Shown here: positions 1 through 9,691 of the stretch, one piece after another
Layout: each line of letters starts with the position of its first letter
How positions within the stretch are numbered: the stretch's first letter is position 1
Assembly: GCA_049967655.1 (NCBI GenBank)
Contig: JBMFSH010000002.1
Span: 64,001-128,000 of the forward strand
Source: Acidobacteriota bacterium
GTDB lineage: Bacteria > Acidobacteriota > UBA4820 > DSQY01
DNA length: 64,000 nt
Reading direction: 5' to 3'
The notes under the pieces: generated by a model
Seen by the model: only the letters and a program-made list of their open reading frames with translations
The model's database searches: none
Told to the model about the DNA's origin: nothing
Translations under genes and position numbers: made by a program

Positions 1-189
1 CTGGAGGGGAAGGAGCTTCTCCTGCGGCCTGCCCTTGAGTTCGAAGATCTGCTCCGCGGCCGAAGGCCCGTTCAAGCAGGCCGCCAGGCCGTAGACCGTT
101 TCCGTCGGAAGAGCCAGCACACCGCCGGCCTTTAGGTGTTTCCAGGCCTCCTCGATCCAGCCCTCGCCCCGGGTCCCTATGGTCCGCAC
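1..189 (-). CDS. tsaC: L-threonylcarbamoyladenylate synthase (Sua5/YrdC/TsaC), N-terminal part; runs off the window edge
   Basis: Manual translation from GTG at 189: VRTIGTRGEGWIEEAWKHLKAGGVLALPTETVYGLAA...IFELKGRP; PTETVYGL and KGR are Sua5/YrdC motifs; GAGGTG RBS upstream. Confidence 0.9.
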   Translation of the reverse strand, partial: MRTIGTRGEGWIEEAWKHLKAGGVLALPTETVYGLAACLNGPSAAEQIFELKGRPQEKLLPLQ

Positions 190-294
190 GTCCCACCTCT
201 GAAGCCCGGGCTCCCACCCGTTGAGCGCGTTCCCGCCGGGCCCATTCCCCCCTCCGTCGCTCCATCTCCCTCTATCCGCTGAAGCGATGAGGCC

Positions 295-792
295 TCAGCG
301 ATTCGCAGCGCTTCGGTCCTTGGCCAGGATCTCCTCCCGCTTGGCCTCGCGGGACTTCTTGATGGCGGCGCGGAGCTCCGGCCTGGAAAGAGAGAGGATC
401 TGGGCCGCCAGATGGGCGGCGTTGGCCGAACCGTTGATGGCTACGGTGGCTACCGGCATCCCGGGGGGCATCATCACCGTGGAGAGCAGGGCGTCTTGCC
501 CGTTCAGGGGGCCGGAGGCCACGGGGATGCCGATCACCGGCAGCGCGGTATGGGCCGCCGCCACTCCCGCCAGGTGGGCCGCCATGCCCGCGGCGGCGAT
601 GATGACCTCGATGCCCCGCTGCTCGGCCCCTTCAACGTAAGCGGCCGTCTCGTGAGGGGTCCTGTGGGCGGAGAGGATCCTGCACTCGAAGGGAATGGAG
701 TAACTTTCCAGCGTCTTCAGGCACGCATCGAGGACCGGAAGGTCCGATGCGCTGCCCATGAGCACCGCCACCAGGGGATGCGCCTCGCTCAT
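295..792 (-). CDS. purE: N5-carboxyaminoimidazole ribonucleotide mutase
   Basis: MGSASD, SAHRTP, AGMAAHL and PVATVAIN motifs. Confidence 0.97.
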   Translation of the reverse strand: MSEAHPLVAVLMGSASDLPVLDACLKTLESYSIPFECRILSAHRTPHETAAYVEGAEQRGIEVIIAAAGMAAHLAGVAAAHTALPVIGIPVASGPLNGQDALLSTVMMPPGMPVATVAINGSANAAHLAAQILSLSRPELRAAIKKSREAKREEILAKDRSAANR

Positions 793-996
793 TGTGTCAC
801 CTCCAAAGAATCATTCTAACAACGGGCCGGCAGCCGAGGAAAGCCGAGGGGGAGGTGGGGCCTCATCGGGCTTTGCCCGTGGGGCGGGGAGGGAATGGCC
901 CTCCCCGTCCAGGAGACAACGCCTTTCCCCCGTGAACCCGTGCGGTAGCCGAAGGCACCCGCGTTTCCATCGCGGAATTTGGGACCCTGGAATGGC

Positions 997-1026
997 TTGA
1001 CCGGTGTTTCGCCACCGTTTTATTAT
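997..1026 (+). promoter_or_regulatory. putative sigma70 promoter for the TonB-dependent receptor
   Basis: TTGACC-N18-TATTAT about 50 nt upstream of the AAGGAGG RBS/ATG at 1076. Confidence 0.5.
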
Positions 1027-1075
1027 GATGACTTGTCCATTGCATTTCGGAGGTAAAAGGAAAGGAGGCCCGCTC

Positions 1076-3907
1076 ATGGTTCGCAAGTTCGGTACTGCGT
1101 TGGCGGTGGTGGCGGCGTCACTGGTCATTCCCTTTTCCCTGATTGCGCAGACGGTGACCGGGGCCATCTCGGGGCACGTCAAGGACGAAAACGGGCGACC
1201 CATCGCTGGCGCAGTGGTTGAGGTGACCTCCTCCCACCTTCAGGGCGCCCGCTCCATGGCCACGGACGAGAACGGAGACTTTCTCATCGCCTACCTCCCG
1301 CCCGCGCACGACTACGCCATTTCCATCCACGCCGAGGGCTACAGCAAGGTCATCCAGTCCGACGTGCGGGTGGCACTGGGAACCACCACGACCATGCAGG
1401 TGGTTCTCAGCGGAACGGGCACCAGTTTGGAGGTGCGGGCCACCCCCTCCCTGCTCGACCTCAAGGACAGTAAGATCAGCACCGACCTCAGCCAGGAGAC
1501 GCTCCAATCCCTCCCCATCGGCAGGCAGTTCCAGCAGGCCTTCTACCTCGTGCCCAACGTGGTGGATTCGGGCCTGACGCTCGAGCCCGGCAACCCTGGC
1601 GTGGCGGGCTCGACGGCCACCGAGAACGTCTTTGTCGTGGACGGTCTCAACATCACCGACCCCGTGGGCGGCGTGCTCGCCAGCAACTTCAACTACAACT
1701 TCGTGCGGGAGATCCAGGTTACCACCGCGGGCGCCAGCGCCGAATACGGCCCCAGCACGGGTGGTCTGTTCAATATCCTGACCAAGTCGGGGAGCAACGA
1801 GTTCCACGGCGAGGTCTTCGGCTACTACACCAACGAATCCCTGGCCGCAAGTGCCCGGACTCCGGGACTTTCGCTCAACCTCTCCACTCCCCAACCCTTC
1901 CATAACTACGACTACGGGTTCGACCTGGGGGGCCCCATCCTGAAGGATCACGTCTGGTTCTTCGTGGGGTTCAATCCCACCCTCAAGACCCAGCACTTCG
2001 AGGGGCTCTCCGTCGTCCAGAACGTCTACACGGGCCAGACGCACTTCCTCCCCTATCGGTACGACGATCTGAGCAAGGACTGGCTGGGCCTGGCCAAGTT
2101 CACCTTCCGCGCTAGCGGCCGCCACAACTTCGAGCTCAACTTCATCACCGACCCCTCCCACGACTGGCTGAACGAGGGGGCTGGCAATACGGCTTGGCAG
2201 GCCCCCACCGTTCCCAGCGTCCGCTCCGACGCACAGACCACCCGGCGGTACACCAGCGGTTATTCGGTCGGTCTCCGGTGGTTCGCCAATTGGACCGACA
2301 ATTTCTACCAAGAGTCGGAGATCGCCCACATCCACACGGTGGCCGAGATTCTTCCCTGGGACCAGTCGGGCTACGGCGAGCCTCAGATCATCGATAATGA
2401 CTGGGCCCCCGCCGTGAGCGTCGGGAACGGCACGGGCACGCTGTACTGGGACACGCGGGACCGAACGCAGGTCAGCTCCAAGGTGACCTATCTCGTCCAC
2501 CGGAACGAGATCAAATTCGGCTTCGAGTGGGAAGATTTGAAGTGGGACAGCTACAATGGCTACACGGGCGGGGTGCAATATACGGTGCAGGGAGGCTTCC
2601 CCGGGATCAACCCCTTCTCGTCGAACCTGAGGGACTACGCGTACGTCATCGCGAATTCCCTCGAAAACCCACATTCGAAGGATAACGGCCGGTACATCGC
2701 GGGCTTCGCCCAGACCAAGTGGTCGGCCACGGACTACTTCACTCTAGCCGCGGGCCTGCGCTGGGAACACAACGAACTCATACCCAGCAGCGCTCAGAGC
2801 GCCTCGTTCAACTCCTTCTCGCCGCGCGTGGGCCTCTCCTGGGATTTCATGCACAACGGAAAGTCTAAGTTCTACATGAACTGGGGCCGTTACTACGACC
2901 GTCTACCCATCGCGGCCACCTACCTCATGGACCCGGGTCACGAACAGTACACCGACGTCAGGTACCTGGGCCAACTCGTATCGCACTACGTGTTTGGTAC
3001 CACGCCGCTCCGCGTGCTGGGGGGAACCAAAAACCAGTACGATGATGAATTCCTGGTGGGCACGGAGTACGAACCGCTTCCCAACCTTGTGATTGGCTTC
3101 AGCGCACTCTACCGAGACCTGGGCAGGGTCTTGGAGGACGTGGGCTACTACGACAGCCATGGGAACTTCAGCTTCCTCCTCATGAACCCTGGCTCTTATC
3201 AGTGGCCGGCGGTTATGCAGGGCTGGGCGCGGATCCTACCGGACTACGAGCGCTTTCCCAACCCCATCCGCCACTATGCAGGCTACACACTGAACGTGGA
3301 GCGCCGCTTCTCGCACCACTGGTTCCTGAACGCCAGCTACACGCTCTCGTACTTGAAGGGGAACTACGAAGGCGGATCGGGCGGCTACGGCGTGGACGCC
3401 CTGGCCCCCACCATCTCCACGGCCTACGACTTCCCCGAGCACATCCTCAACATGAACCGATACGGCTGGCTGCCCGAAGACGTCCGCAACAACTTCAAGC
3501 TTCAGGCCAGTTACCGCTTCGACTGGGGCCTTCTGCTCGGCGTGAATTTCAACGCCCGGAGTGGGCGCCCCTACGACAAGCTCTACAACTACCCCTTGAG
3601 CGGACCCGGCTACGGGACCATCTTCGCCGCCCCTCGCGGCTCCGATCGTCTGCCTGGCCTATGGCAGCTGGACCTTCACGCCCAGTACGACTTCAAGATC
3701 TGGCGCTCGGCCCTCTCCCTCTTCTTCGACCTCTTTAATGCCACCAACCGGCAAACCGCCCTGACGGTCAATCAGAACTACTACCTGCCGCCCGCCACGC
3801 TCACGCAGGTCTTCTCGGGCCAGCTCGTCAGGGACCCGAACTGGGGAAAATCCACCTCCCTTCAGGCTCCTCGGTCTTTCCAAGTGGGCATGAAGTGGAG
3901 CTTCTGA
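1076..3907 (+). CDS. TonB-dependent outer-membrane receptor, Oar-like, with N-terminal carboxypeptidase-regulatory-like domain
   Basis: Signal peptide; GAISGHVKDENGRPIAGAVVEV N-domain; plug motifs (ENVFVVDGLNITDP, AEYG..TGG...TKSGSNEFHG); SPRVG barrel motif; C-terminal aromatic WSF; ATG 1076 has AAGGAGG RBS. Confidence 0.92.
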   Translation: MVRKFGTALAVVAASLVIPFSLIAQTVTGAISGHVKDENGRPIAGAVVEVTSSHLQGARSMATDENGDFLIAYLPPAHDYAISIHAEGYSKVIQSDVRVALGTTTTMQVVLSGTGTSLEVRATPSLLDLKDSKISTDLSQETLQSLPIGRQFQQAFYLVPNVVDSGLTLEPGNPGVAGSTATENVFVVDGLNITDPVGGVLASNFNYNFVREIQVTTAGASAEYGPSTGGLFNILTKSGSNEFHGEVFGYYTNESLAASARTPGLSLNLSTPQPFHNYDYGFDLGGPILKDHVWFFVGFNPTLKTQHFEGLSVVQNVYTGQTHFLPYRYDDLSKDWLGLAKFTFRASGRHNFELNFITDPSHDWLNEGAGNTAWQAPTVPSVRSDAQTTRRYTSGYSVGLRWFANWTDNFYQESEIAHIHTVAEILPWDQSGYGEPQIIDNDWAPAVSVGNGTGTLYWDTRDRTQVSSKVTYLVHRNEIKFGFEWEDLKWDSYNGYTGGVQYTVQGGFPGINPFSSNLRDYAYVIANSLENPHSKDNGRYIAGFAQTKWSATDYFTLAAGLRWEHNELIPSSAQSASFNSFSPRVGLSWDFMHNGKSKFYMNWGRYYDRLPIAATYLMDPGHEQYTDVRYLGQLVSHYVFGTTPLRVLGGTKNQYDDEFLVGTEYEPLPNLVIGFSALYRDLGRVLEDVGYYDSHGNFSFLLMNPGSYQWPAVMQGWARILPDYERFPNPIRHYAGYTLNVERRFSHHWFLNASYTLSYLKGNYEGGSGGYGVDALAPTISTAYDFPEHILNMNRYGWLPEDVRNNFKLQASYRFDWGLLLGVNFNARSGRPYDKLYNYPLSGPGYGTIFAAPRGSDRLPGLWQLDLHAQYDFKIWRSALSLFFDLFNATNRQTALTVNQNYYLPPATLTQVFSGQLVRDPNWGKSTSLQAPRSFQVGMKWSF

Positions 3908-3916
3908 TTCTGTCAG

Positions 3917-3950
3917 GCCACCCGGGAGAGTTAAGGTTCTCCCGGGTGGC
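3917..3950 (+). terminator. stem-loop after the TonB receptor (probable terminator or mRNA stabiliser)
   Basis: Perfect 13-bp stem GCCACCCGGGAGA / TCTCCCGGGTGGC; no clear U-tract. Confidence 0.55.
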
Positions 3951-4090
3951 AGGCAGAGGCTAGAGCCATAGGAGGATGGGCGGCGGAGAGGTTCCTGCGT
4001 CGAGCCGTTAGGCCTTTGCCGTGGGGTCCCTCGTTCCGCTTGCCCCTTCCTGCGGTTTTCGGGCATACTCCGCTAGAACGGGAGTCGAGG

Positions 4091-4738
4091 GTGGCCGCAG
4101 ACCTCAAGTTCCACTACATCGCCGTGGAAGGACCCATCGGGGTGGGCAAGACGACCCTGGCCCAGGCCCTGTCCAAGAAGCTGGGCGCGACCCTGCTCAT
4201 GGAGGACCTTCAGAACCCCTTCCTGCGGGACTTCTATGCCGGGAGGAAGGGAGCCGCCTTCCAGTGCCAGCTCTTCTTCCTCCTCACCCGCTACCAGCAG
4301 CAGCAACAGTTGGTTCAGCGCAGCCTGTTCGACAGCCGGCTGGTGGCCGATTACGTCCCGAGGAAGGACAAGATCTTCGCCTACAACAACCTGGACGATT
4401 CGGAGCTCATCCTTTACGAGAAGCTCTACGCCCTTCTCATGGCCTCGGTCCCCAAGCCGGACGTGGTCATCTACCTCCAGGCCACCACGCCAGTCCTCTT
4501 GAAGCGCATCCGCGGCCGCAACCGCGATGACGAGAGCAAGATCTCCGACGAGTACGTGGAAGAGCTCAACAAGGCTTACAATTACTTCTTTTTCCACTAC
4601 CAGGAGACTCCCCTCTTGATTGTAAACACCAATGATGTAGATTTTGAGAAGGACCCCTCCGAGCTGGAGCACCTGATCGCTCAGGTGAACCGGCTGGAGA
4701 GTGGGGTTCTCTTTTACGCCCCGCTGGGATCCGCCTAG
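4091..4738 (+). CDS. deoxynucleoside kinase (dNK family)
   Basis: YIAVEGPIGVGKTTL P-loop, QLFFL..R, PDVVIYLQA and RIRGRNR motifs; GTG start at 4091. Confidence 0.92.
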   Translation: MAADLKFHYIAVEGPIGVGKTTLAQALSKKLGATLLMEDLQNPFLRDFYAGRKGAAFQCQLFFLLTRYQQQQQLVQRSLFDSRLVADYVPRKDKIFAYNNLDDSELILYEKLYALLMASVPKPDVVIYLQATTPVLLKRIRGRNRDDESKISDEYVEELNKAYNYFFFHYQETPLLIVNTNDVDFEKDPSELEHLIAQVNRLESGVLFYAPLGSA

Positions 4739-4749
4739 CGGACCTGGAC

Positions 4750-4773
4750 GGGGACGGAAGTCCGTCTTTTTTT
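4750..4773 (+). terminator. possible intrinsic terminator between dNK and panB
   Basis: GACGG-AAGT-CCGTC hairpin followed by T7. Confidence 0.5.
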
Positions 4774-4830
4774 GCTTTCCCTCAAGCCCAGAGGCGTCGA
4801 CCGACGGGATGGGGAGAAAGGAGTCGAACC

Positions 4831-5709
4831 ATGTCGAAGATGCGGCAAGCCCTGCCCCAGGCCATCACGGTTCCCGTCGTCCGTGCGCGCAAGGCGTCCG
4901 GCGAGAAGGTGGTCATGCTCACCGCCTACGACTATCCCTCCGCCAGGATTGCCGAGGACTCCGGCGTGGACGTCTTGCTCGTGGGAGATTCGCTCGGAAT
5001 GGTGGTGCAAGGCCGCTCCGACACGCTCGGCGTGACCCTGGAGCAGATGGTGTATCACTGCACCATGGTGGCCCGGGCTGCCAAGAGGGCGCTCGTAGTG
5101 GCGGACATGCCCTTCCTCACCTACCAGGCCGGCCCCCGCGACGCGCTCATCAATTGCGGGCGCTGCCTCAAGGAGGGCGGCGCCCAGGCCGTGAAGATCG
5201 AAGGAGGCGCGCGGCGCGCGCCCCTCGTCCGCCGCCTCGTGGAGAACGATATCCCCGTCATGGGGCACATCGGTCTCACCCCCCAGTCGCTCCACGCCCT
5301 CGGCGGGTTTAAGGTGCAGGGGCGGACCCTCGAAGCTCAGGAGCAGTTGCTGAAGGATGCCCTGGCCCTGGAGCGCGCAGGGGCCTTCTCCCTCGTGCTC
5401 GAGTGCGTCCCCTCGGAGGTGGCCAGGGAGATCACCTCCGCCGTCCGGATCCCCACCATCGGCATCGGCGCCGGCCCTTACTGCGACGGACAGGTGCTCG
5501 TCTTCCACGACCTGCTCGGGCTCTACGAGGGCCACCTGGCCCGCTTCGTCAGACCCTATGGCGACTTCGGACGTCAGATGCGGGAGGCTCTTTCCCATTT
5601 TGGAGAGGACGTACGGAGCGGCAAGTTCCCCACGGAGGAGGAGGCCTTCCACCTCCAGACCGACAGCACCCACGCCGCGGCAAAGAAGGAGGGCCATGGA
5701 ACTCCTTAA
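4831..5709 (+). CDS. panB: 3-methyl-2-oxobutanoate hydroxymethyltransferase
   Basis: MLTAYDY, LVGDSLGM, VADMPF, VKIEGG and GHIGLTPQ motifs. Confidence 0.97.
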   Translation: MSKMRQALPQAITVPVVRARKASGEKVVMLTAYDYPSARIAEDSGVDVLLVGDSLGMVVQGRSDTLGVTLEQMVYHCTMVARAAKRALVVADMPFLTYQAGPRDALINCGRCLKEGGAQAVKIEGGARRAPLVRRLVENDIPVMGHIGLTPQSLHALGGFKVQGRTLEAQEQLLKDALALERAGAFSLVLECVPSEVAREITSAVRIPTIGIGAGPYCDGQVLVFHDLLGLYEGHLARFVRPYGDFGRQMREALSHFGEDVRSGKFPTEEEAFHLQTDSTHAAAKKEGHGTP

Positions 5710-6544
5710 GACTCCGGCGGAGGCGCGGGCCTTCAGCCGCGGCGCCAAGGCGCGAGGGGAGCGCGTGGCGCTGGTGCCCACCATGGGGTATCTCCACGAG
5801 GGCCACCTCTCCCTGATCCGACTGGCGCGGCAGGGCGCCGAGACCGTCATGGTCTCCCTCTTCGTCAACCCCAGACAGTTCGGCCCCGTTGAAGACCTGG
5901 ACCGCTATCCCCGCGATTTCGAACGGGACCGCGCCCTCTGCGAGCGCGAGGGGGTCAAGGCCCTCTTCGCCCCAGAGGTCTCCGCGGTTTATCCTCCCGG
6001 GTTCTGCACCTCGGTGGAAGTGACGGGGGCCGTCAGCGAGGGTCTGTGCGGAGCGAGCCGGCCCGGGCACTTCCGGGGCGTGGCCACGGTCGTCACCAAG
6101 TTGCTGTGCACCTGCGAGCCTGACCTCGCAGTCTTTGGCCAGAAGGATGCCCAGCAGGCGGCGGTGATCCGGAGGCTGGTTCGTGACCTGGATCTTCCAG
6201 TGGAGCTCCTCGTGGCACCCATCGTGCGGGAGAGCGACGGGCTAGCCATGAGCAGCCGGAACGTCTATCTCTCGCCCGAGGAGCGCGCCCAGGCGTCGGC
6301 CCTCAAGGCCGCGCTGGATGAGGCGTCCGGTCTTTTTGCCCGGGGCGAGCGCCGGGCGGACGTGCTCGCCGGGGCCGCCCGGGCACGGCTGGGGATGGCT
6401 CCCCTGGCCCGGATAGACTACGTCGAGCTCGTGGATGCCGAAAACTTGTCGCCCGTGAAAACCGTCGACCGACCGTCCCTGCTGGCTCTGGCGGTCTTCT
6501 TCGGGACCACCCGGCTCATCGACAACGCCCACCTGATACCCTGA
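5696..6544 (+). CDS. panC: pantoate--beta-alanine ligase
   Basis: [33 protein letters not shown] and RLIDN motifs; ATG 5696 with RBS overlaps panB. Confidence 0.97.
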   Translation: MELLKTPAEARAFSRGAKARGERVALVPTMGYLHEGHLSLIRLARQGAETVMVSLFVNPRQFGPVEDLDRYPRDFERDRALCEREGVKALFAPEVSAVYPPGFCTSVEVTGAVSEGLCGASRPGHFRGVATVVTKLLCTCEPDLAVFGQKDAQQAAVIRRLVRDLDLPVELLVAPIVRESDGLAMSSRNVYLSPEERAQASALKAALDEASGLFARGERRADVLAGAARARLGMAPLARIDYVELVDAENLSPVKTVDRPSLLALAVFFGTTRLIDNAHLIP

Positions 6545-6560
6545 CGAGAGGGAGCGGAAC

Positions 6561-6944
6561 ATGTTAGTGACGATGTTGAAAGGAAAAGTCCACCGCGCAA
6601 CGGTGACGGACGCCGACCTAGAGTACGAGGGCTCGGTGGCGGTCGACCAGTCCCTGCTGGAAGCCGCTGGCATCTTGCCCTACGAAGCGGTCGACGTGCT
6701 CGACGTAACCAACGGCGCAAGGCTCACCACCTACACGATCGAGGCCCCGCCAGGTTCAGGGACCGTCTGCATCAACGGGGCCGCCGCTCACCTGGTCAAG
6801 AAAGGAGACGTGGTGATCCTTTGCGCGTACGCTCAGATGGACGCCATGGAGGCACGGACCTTCCAGCCCAGGGTCGTCCTCGTGGACGCCGCCAACAAGA
6901 TCAGCAGGGTCTCGCGCTACAAAGCCTCGTCCATCGCCCGGTAG
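6561..6944 (+). CDS. panD: aspartate 1-decarboxylase
   Basis: [12 protein letters not shown] autocleavage site, NGARLTTY and NGAAAH motifs. Confidence 0.97.
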   Translation: MLVTMLKGKVHRATVTDADLEYEGSVAVDQSLLEAAGILPYEAVDVLDVTNGARLTTYTIEAPPGSGTVCINGAAAHLVKKGDVVILCAYAQMDAMEARTFQPRVVLVDAANKISRVSRYKASSIAR

Positions 6945-6973
6945 CCGCCCACGTTCCGTGGTATCCTTCCGCC

Positions 6974-7492
6974 ATGCGCGTGGCGACGGCGAAGAGATGG
7001 CTCCCGATCCTGGTTCTTCTGGCCTCGGTTGTTTTCGCCCCCTTCCTCTCCCTCGCCTCACCCTCCTACGACCTTTTCCTGAAGAGCGATTACGGACGGG
7101 CCCGCTTCTGGCTCAACACCCAGACCGGCGAATTTCGCTGGGAGGACGAGCCCCACAAGCTGCTCATCGAGGCCAAGGGAACCCTGGCCTTCCCGAATCT
7201 CGGTCCGGTGATCTTCACCTTCTCCGGCGAAGTCCCCGGCTATGATTGGGTGAGCATCTGCCTGAAGCTTTACGGCACCACGGCAACCGGCTATCTGGCC
7301 GCCTTCCCCGAGGGCGAACCGGTTCGGAAGGTCGTGTCGAACATGTACGACCGCGACACGCGGGACGACCTTCCACCCCAGGAGAAACGGGCGAAGAAGG
7401 AGGCGCCGAAGCGCCGCGCCCCGCCCCGCGTCGAGGGACTCAACCCCCACCCGGCTGAGGTCCCGAGCGCCGCATCACCCAAAGTGCCCTGA
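6974..7492 (+). CDS. hypothetical exported protein
   Basis: Signal-peptide-like N-terminus, beta-rich aromatic core, Pro/Lys-rich tail; fills the gap between panD and the convergent rph. Confidence 0.65.
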   Translation: MRVATAKRWLPILVLLASVVFAPFLSLASPSYDLFLKSDYGRARFWLNTQTGEFRWEDEPHKLLIEAKGTLAFPNLGPVIFTFSGEVPGYDWVSICLKLYGTTATGYLAAFPEGEPVRKVVSNMYDRDTRDDLPPQEKRAKKEAPKRRAPPRVEGLNPHPAEVPSAASPKVP

Positions 7493-7495
7493 GTC

Positions 7496-8233
7496 TCAGA
7501 GGTTGTACACCGATGGATCGAAGGGCAGCGCTTGCCGCTGGAGCGCCAGGAGCTGGTCGATGCCCTGGGCGGCCAGCGCCAGGAGCTGGTCGAGATCGCC
7601 CTTCGAAAAGGGCGCCTGTTCGGCCGTGCCCTGGACCTCAATGAACCGGCCGTCGTCGGTCATGACGACGTTCATGTCCACCTCGGCGATGGAATCCTCG
7701 CTGTACCTGAGATCCAGCACCTTCTCGCCCCTGAGGATGCCGACGCTCACGGCGGCGAGCAGGTGCTTCAAGGGAAACGACTTGATGACCTTGGCCTCCA
7801 CCAGATGGTGAAAGGCCATGGCCACGCTCACCAGAGAGCCGGTGATGGCGGCGCAGCGGGTGCCCCCATCGGCCTGGATGACGTCGCAATCCACCCAGAC
7901 GGTCTTGTCCGGGAAGGTTGCGAAGTCCACCACCGAGCGGAGGGACCGGCCAATGAGGCGCTGGATCTCCTGCGTGCGGCCCGACTGTTTTCCCCTGGAG
8001 GCCTCCCTGGGCGTGCGCTGCTGCGTGGCCGCGGGGAGCATCCCGTACTCGGCCGTGATCCATCCCTGGGCCGTGCCCTTCATGAAGGGCGGCACCTTGT
8101 CCTCCACCGTGGCCGCGCACAAGACCTTGGTATTGCCGAACTCCACCAGGCAGGAGCCCTCGGGGTACTTGAGGAATCCCGGATGAATAGCGACGGGGCG
8201 CAGCTCGCCCGGTTTACGACCGTCCGGTCTCAT
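7496..8233 (-). CDS. rph: ribonuclease PH
   Basis: [40 protein letters not shown] and EVQGTAE motifs. Confidence 0.97.
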   Translation of the reverse strand: MRPDGRKPGELRPVAIHPGFLKYPEGSCLVEFGNTKVLCAATVEDKVPPFMKGTAQGWITAEYGMLPAATQQRTPREASRGKQSGRTQEIQRLIGRSLRSVVDFATFPDKTVWVDCDVIQADGGTRCAAITGSLVSVAMAFHHLVEAKVIKSFPLKHLLAAVSVGILRGEKVLDLRYSEDSIAEVDMNVVMTDDGRFIEVQGTAEQAPFSKGDLDQLLALAAQGIDQLLALQRQALPFDPSVYNL

Positions 8234-9057
8234 GCCAACACCAGCCTTTCTTCTTCTACCGGTATGAGCTCCGCGAGGGGCTCGCCCAAGATGCGTTCGC
8301 CCACCTCTCGGAAGTGGGTCCCCGCATCGGTGACGTAACAGCGCAGGCCGCCCCTGCCACCCGGCGCGGCGCCCCCGCGAAGTGTCTCTCCCGCCAGGGC
8401 GCCCTGAAGAGCCTTGGCCGCGCACCTTGATGAGGAGAGGAGCTTCACGGAAGGCCCAACGATCCGGCGCAGAACCGAGCCGAGCACGGGATAGTGGGTA
8501 CAGCCAAGGATGAGCGTGTCCACGCCTCTTTCCAGAAGAGGTTTCAGGTACCGGCGCGCCACCTCCTCGGCGACCGGGTCCTGGGCCCACCCCTCCTCCA
8601 CCAGCGGCACGAAGAGCGGACAAGCCTGCGAGAAAACCTGGATAGAGGGATTCAGCGCCAGCAGCGCCTTCTCGTAAGCGCCGCTCTGCACCGTGGCGCG
8701 GGTGCCGATGAGCCCCACCCGGCCCGTTCCGGTGGCCTCGGCGGCGGCCCTGGCCCCCGGCTCGATCATCCCGAGCACCGGCACGCTCGTCTCGGCGCAG
8801 AGGGCATCCAGGGCCAGGGCGCTGCTCGTGTTGCAGGCTACCACCAGGAAACGAATGCCCTTGGCCTCCAAAAAACGCGCGACCTCCTTGGAGTAACGGG
8901 TGACCGTCTCCGGCGACTTGTTTCCATAAGGGACGCGAGCCGTGTCGCCAAAATAGAGGATTTCCTCTGCGGGCATGGCCCGGCGGATCTCGGCAACCAC
9001 CGTGAGCCCGCCCACTCCTGAATCGAAGACACCGATGGGGCCCCTACGGATGGACAT
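8230..9057 (-). CDS. murI: glutamate racemase
   Basis: [15 protein letters not shown] and LGCTHYP catalytic Cys motifs. Confidence 0.97.
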   Translation of the reverse strand: MSIRRGPIGVFDSGVGGLTVVAEIRRAMPAEEILYFGDTARVPYGNKSPETVTRYSKEVARFLEAKGIRFLVVACNTSSALALDALCAETSVPVLGMIEPGARAAAEATGTGRVGLIGTRATVQSGAYEKALLALNPSIQVFSQACPLFVPLVEEGWAQDPVAEEVARRYLKPLLERGVDTLILGCTHYPVLGSVLRRIVGPSVKLLSSSRCAAKALQGALAGETLRGGAAPGGRGGLRCYVTDAGTHFREVGERILGEPLAELIPVEEERLVLA

Positions 9058-9691
9058 CGCTTGTCGCCCCGGAAGAAGAAGCCGGTGGTGCGGGAGGCTG
9101 ATCAGGCGACAAGGGCGGAGCGTAGGACTCCAACATGCCCGGCTCGGGAGGCAGTGAATGGCTCAAATCCACGTGGCCCAGCAGGGTCTCGGTCTCCTGG
9201 CCATCCACCAGGATCTTCACCGCGGTGATCTGGGGAAAGTTCTGGTTGAGCGTGTCGATGATCCCGTACACCCTGGCCAGTTCGGTCGCCGAACCCCCTC
9301 CCGTTTTCACGGGCCCGCCCAGGTCCACCACGACCTGGTTCCCCCCGAGGATAAAGAGGCTGCGCACGGTGCAGTTGTCCGGGAAGGGCAGCACCTGCCC
9401 ATTTCCGGCGGGCCCGTCGAGGTATCGCTGGATCAAGGCCTGCATGTTCTGCTGGTCGCTGCCCAGATCCGGCAGCATGACCTGGAACTCGGTCAGGAGC
9501 ATGTCTTCCTCCGACGGGTAGAGTAGGGTGCGCTGAACCATGGCCTGATTCGGGGTGGCTTGAGCCTGCTGAGACTGGGACACGGCCGGATTTCCGGCGG
9601 GCGCGTGCTTGCACCCGGCCACAAGGAGCAAGGCCAGCCCGACGGCCGTAAGAAGGCTAAGGTGTGGGAGCCGTCGGATTGGGGTTCTCAT
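9044..9691 (-). CDS. GerMN domain lipoprotein
   Basis: Lipobox LVAGC; GGSATELARVYGIIDTL...VKILVDG...ETLLGHVDL GerMN pattern; usual position between amidase and murI. Confidence 0.85.
   Translation of the reverse strand: MRTPIRRLPHLSLLTAVGLALLLVAGCKHAPAGNPAVSQSQQAQATPNQAMVQRTLLYPSEEDMLLTEFQVMLPDLGSDQQNMQALIQRYLDGPAGNGQVLPFPDNCTVRSLFILGGNQVVVDLGGPVKTGGGSATELARVYGIIDTLNQNFPQITAVKILVDGQETETLLGHVDLSHSLPPEPGMLESYAPPLSPDQPPAPPASSSGATSDVHP

Noticed and set aside
812..996. Possible riboswitch upstream of the TonB-dependent receptor
   Set aside because: GC hairpins are present but no cobalamin, TPP or c-di-GMP consensus was recognised, and the region lies upstream of the predicted promoter
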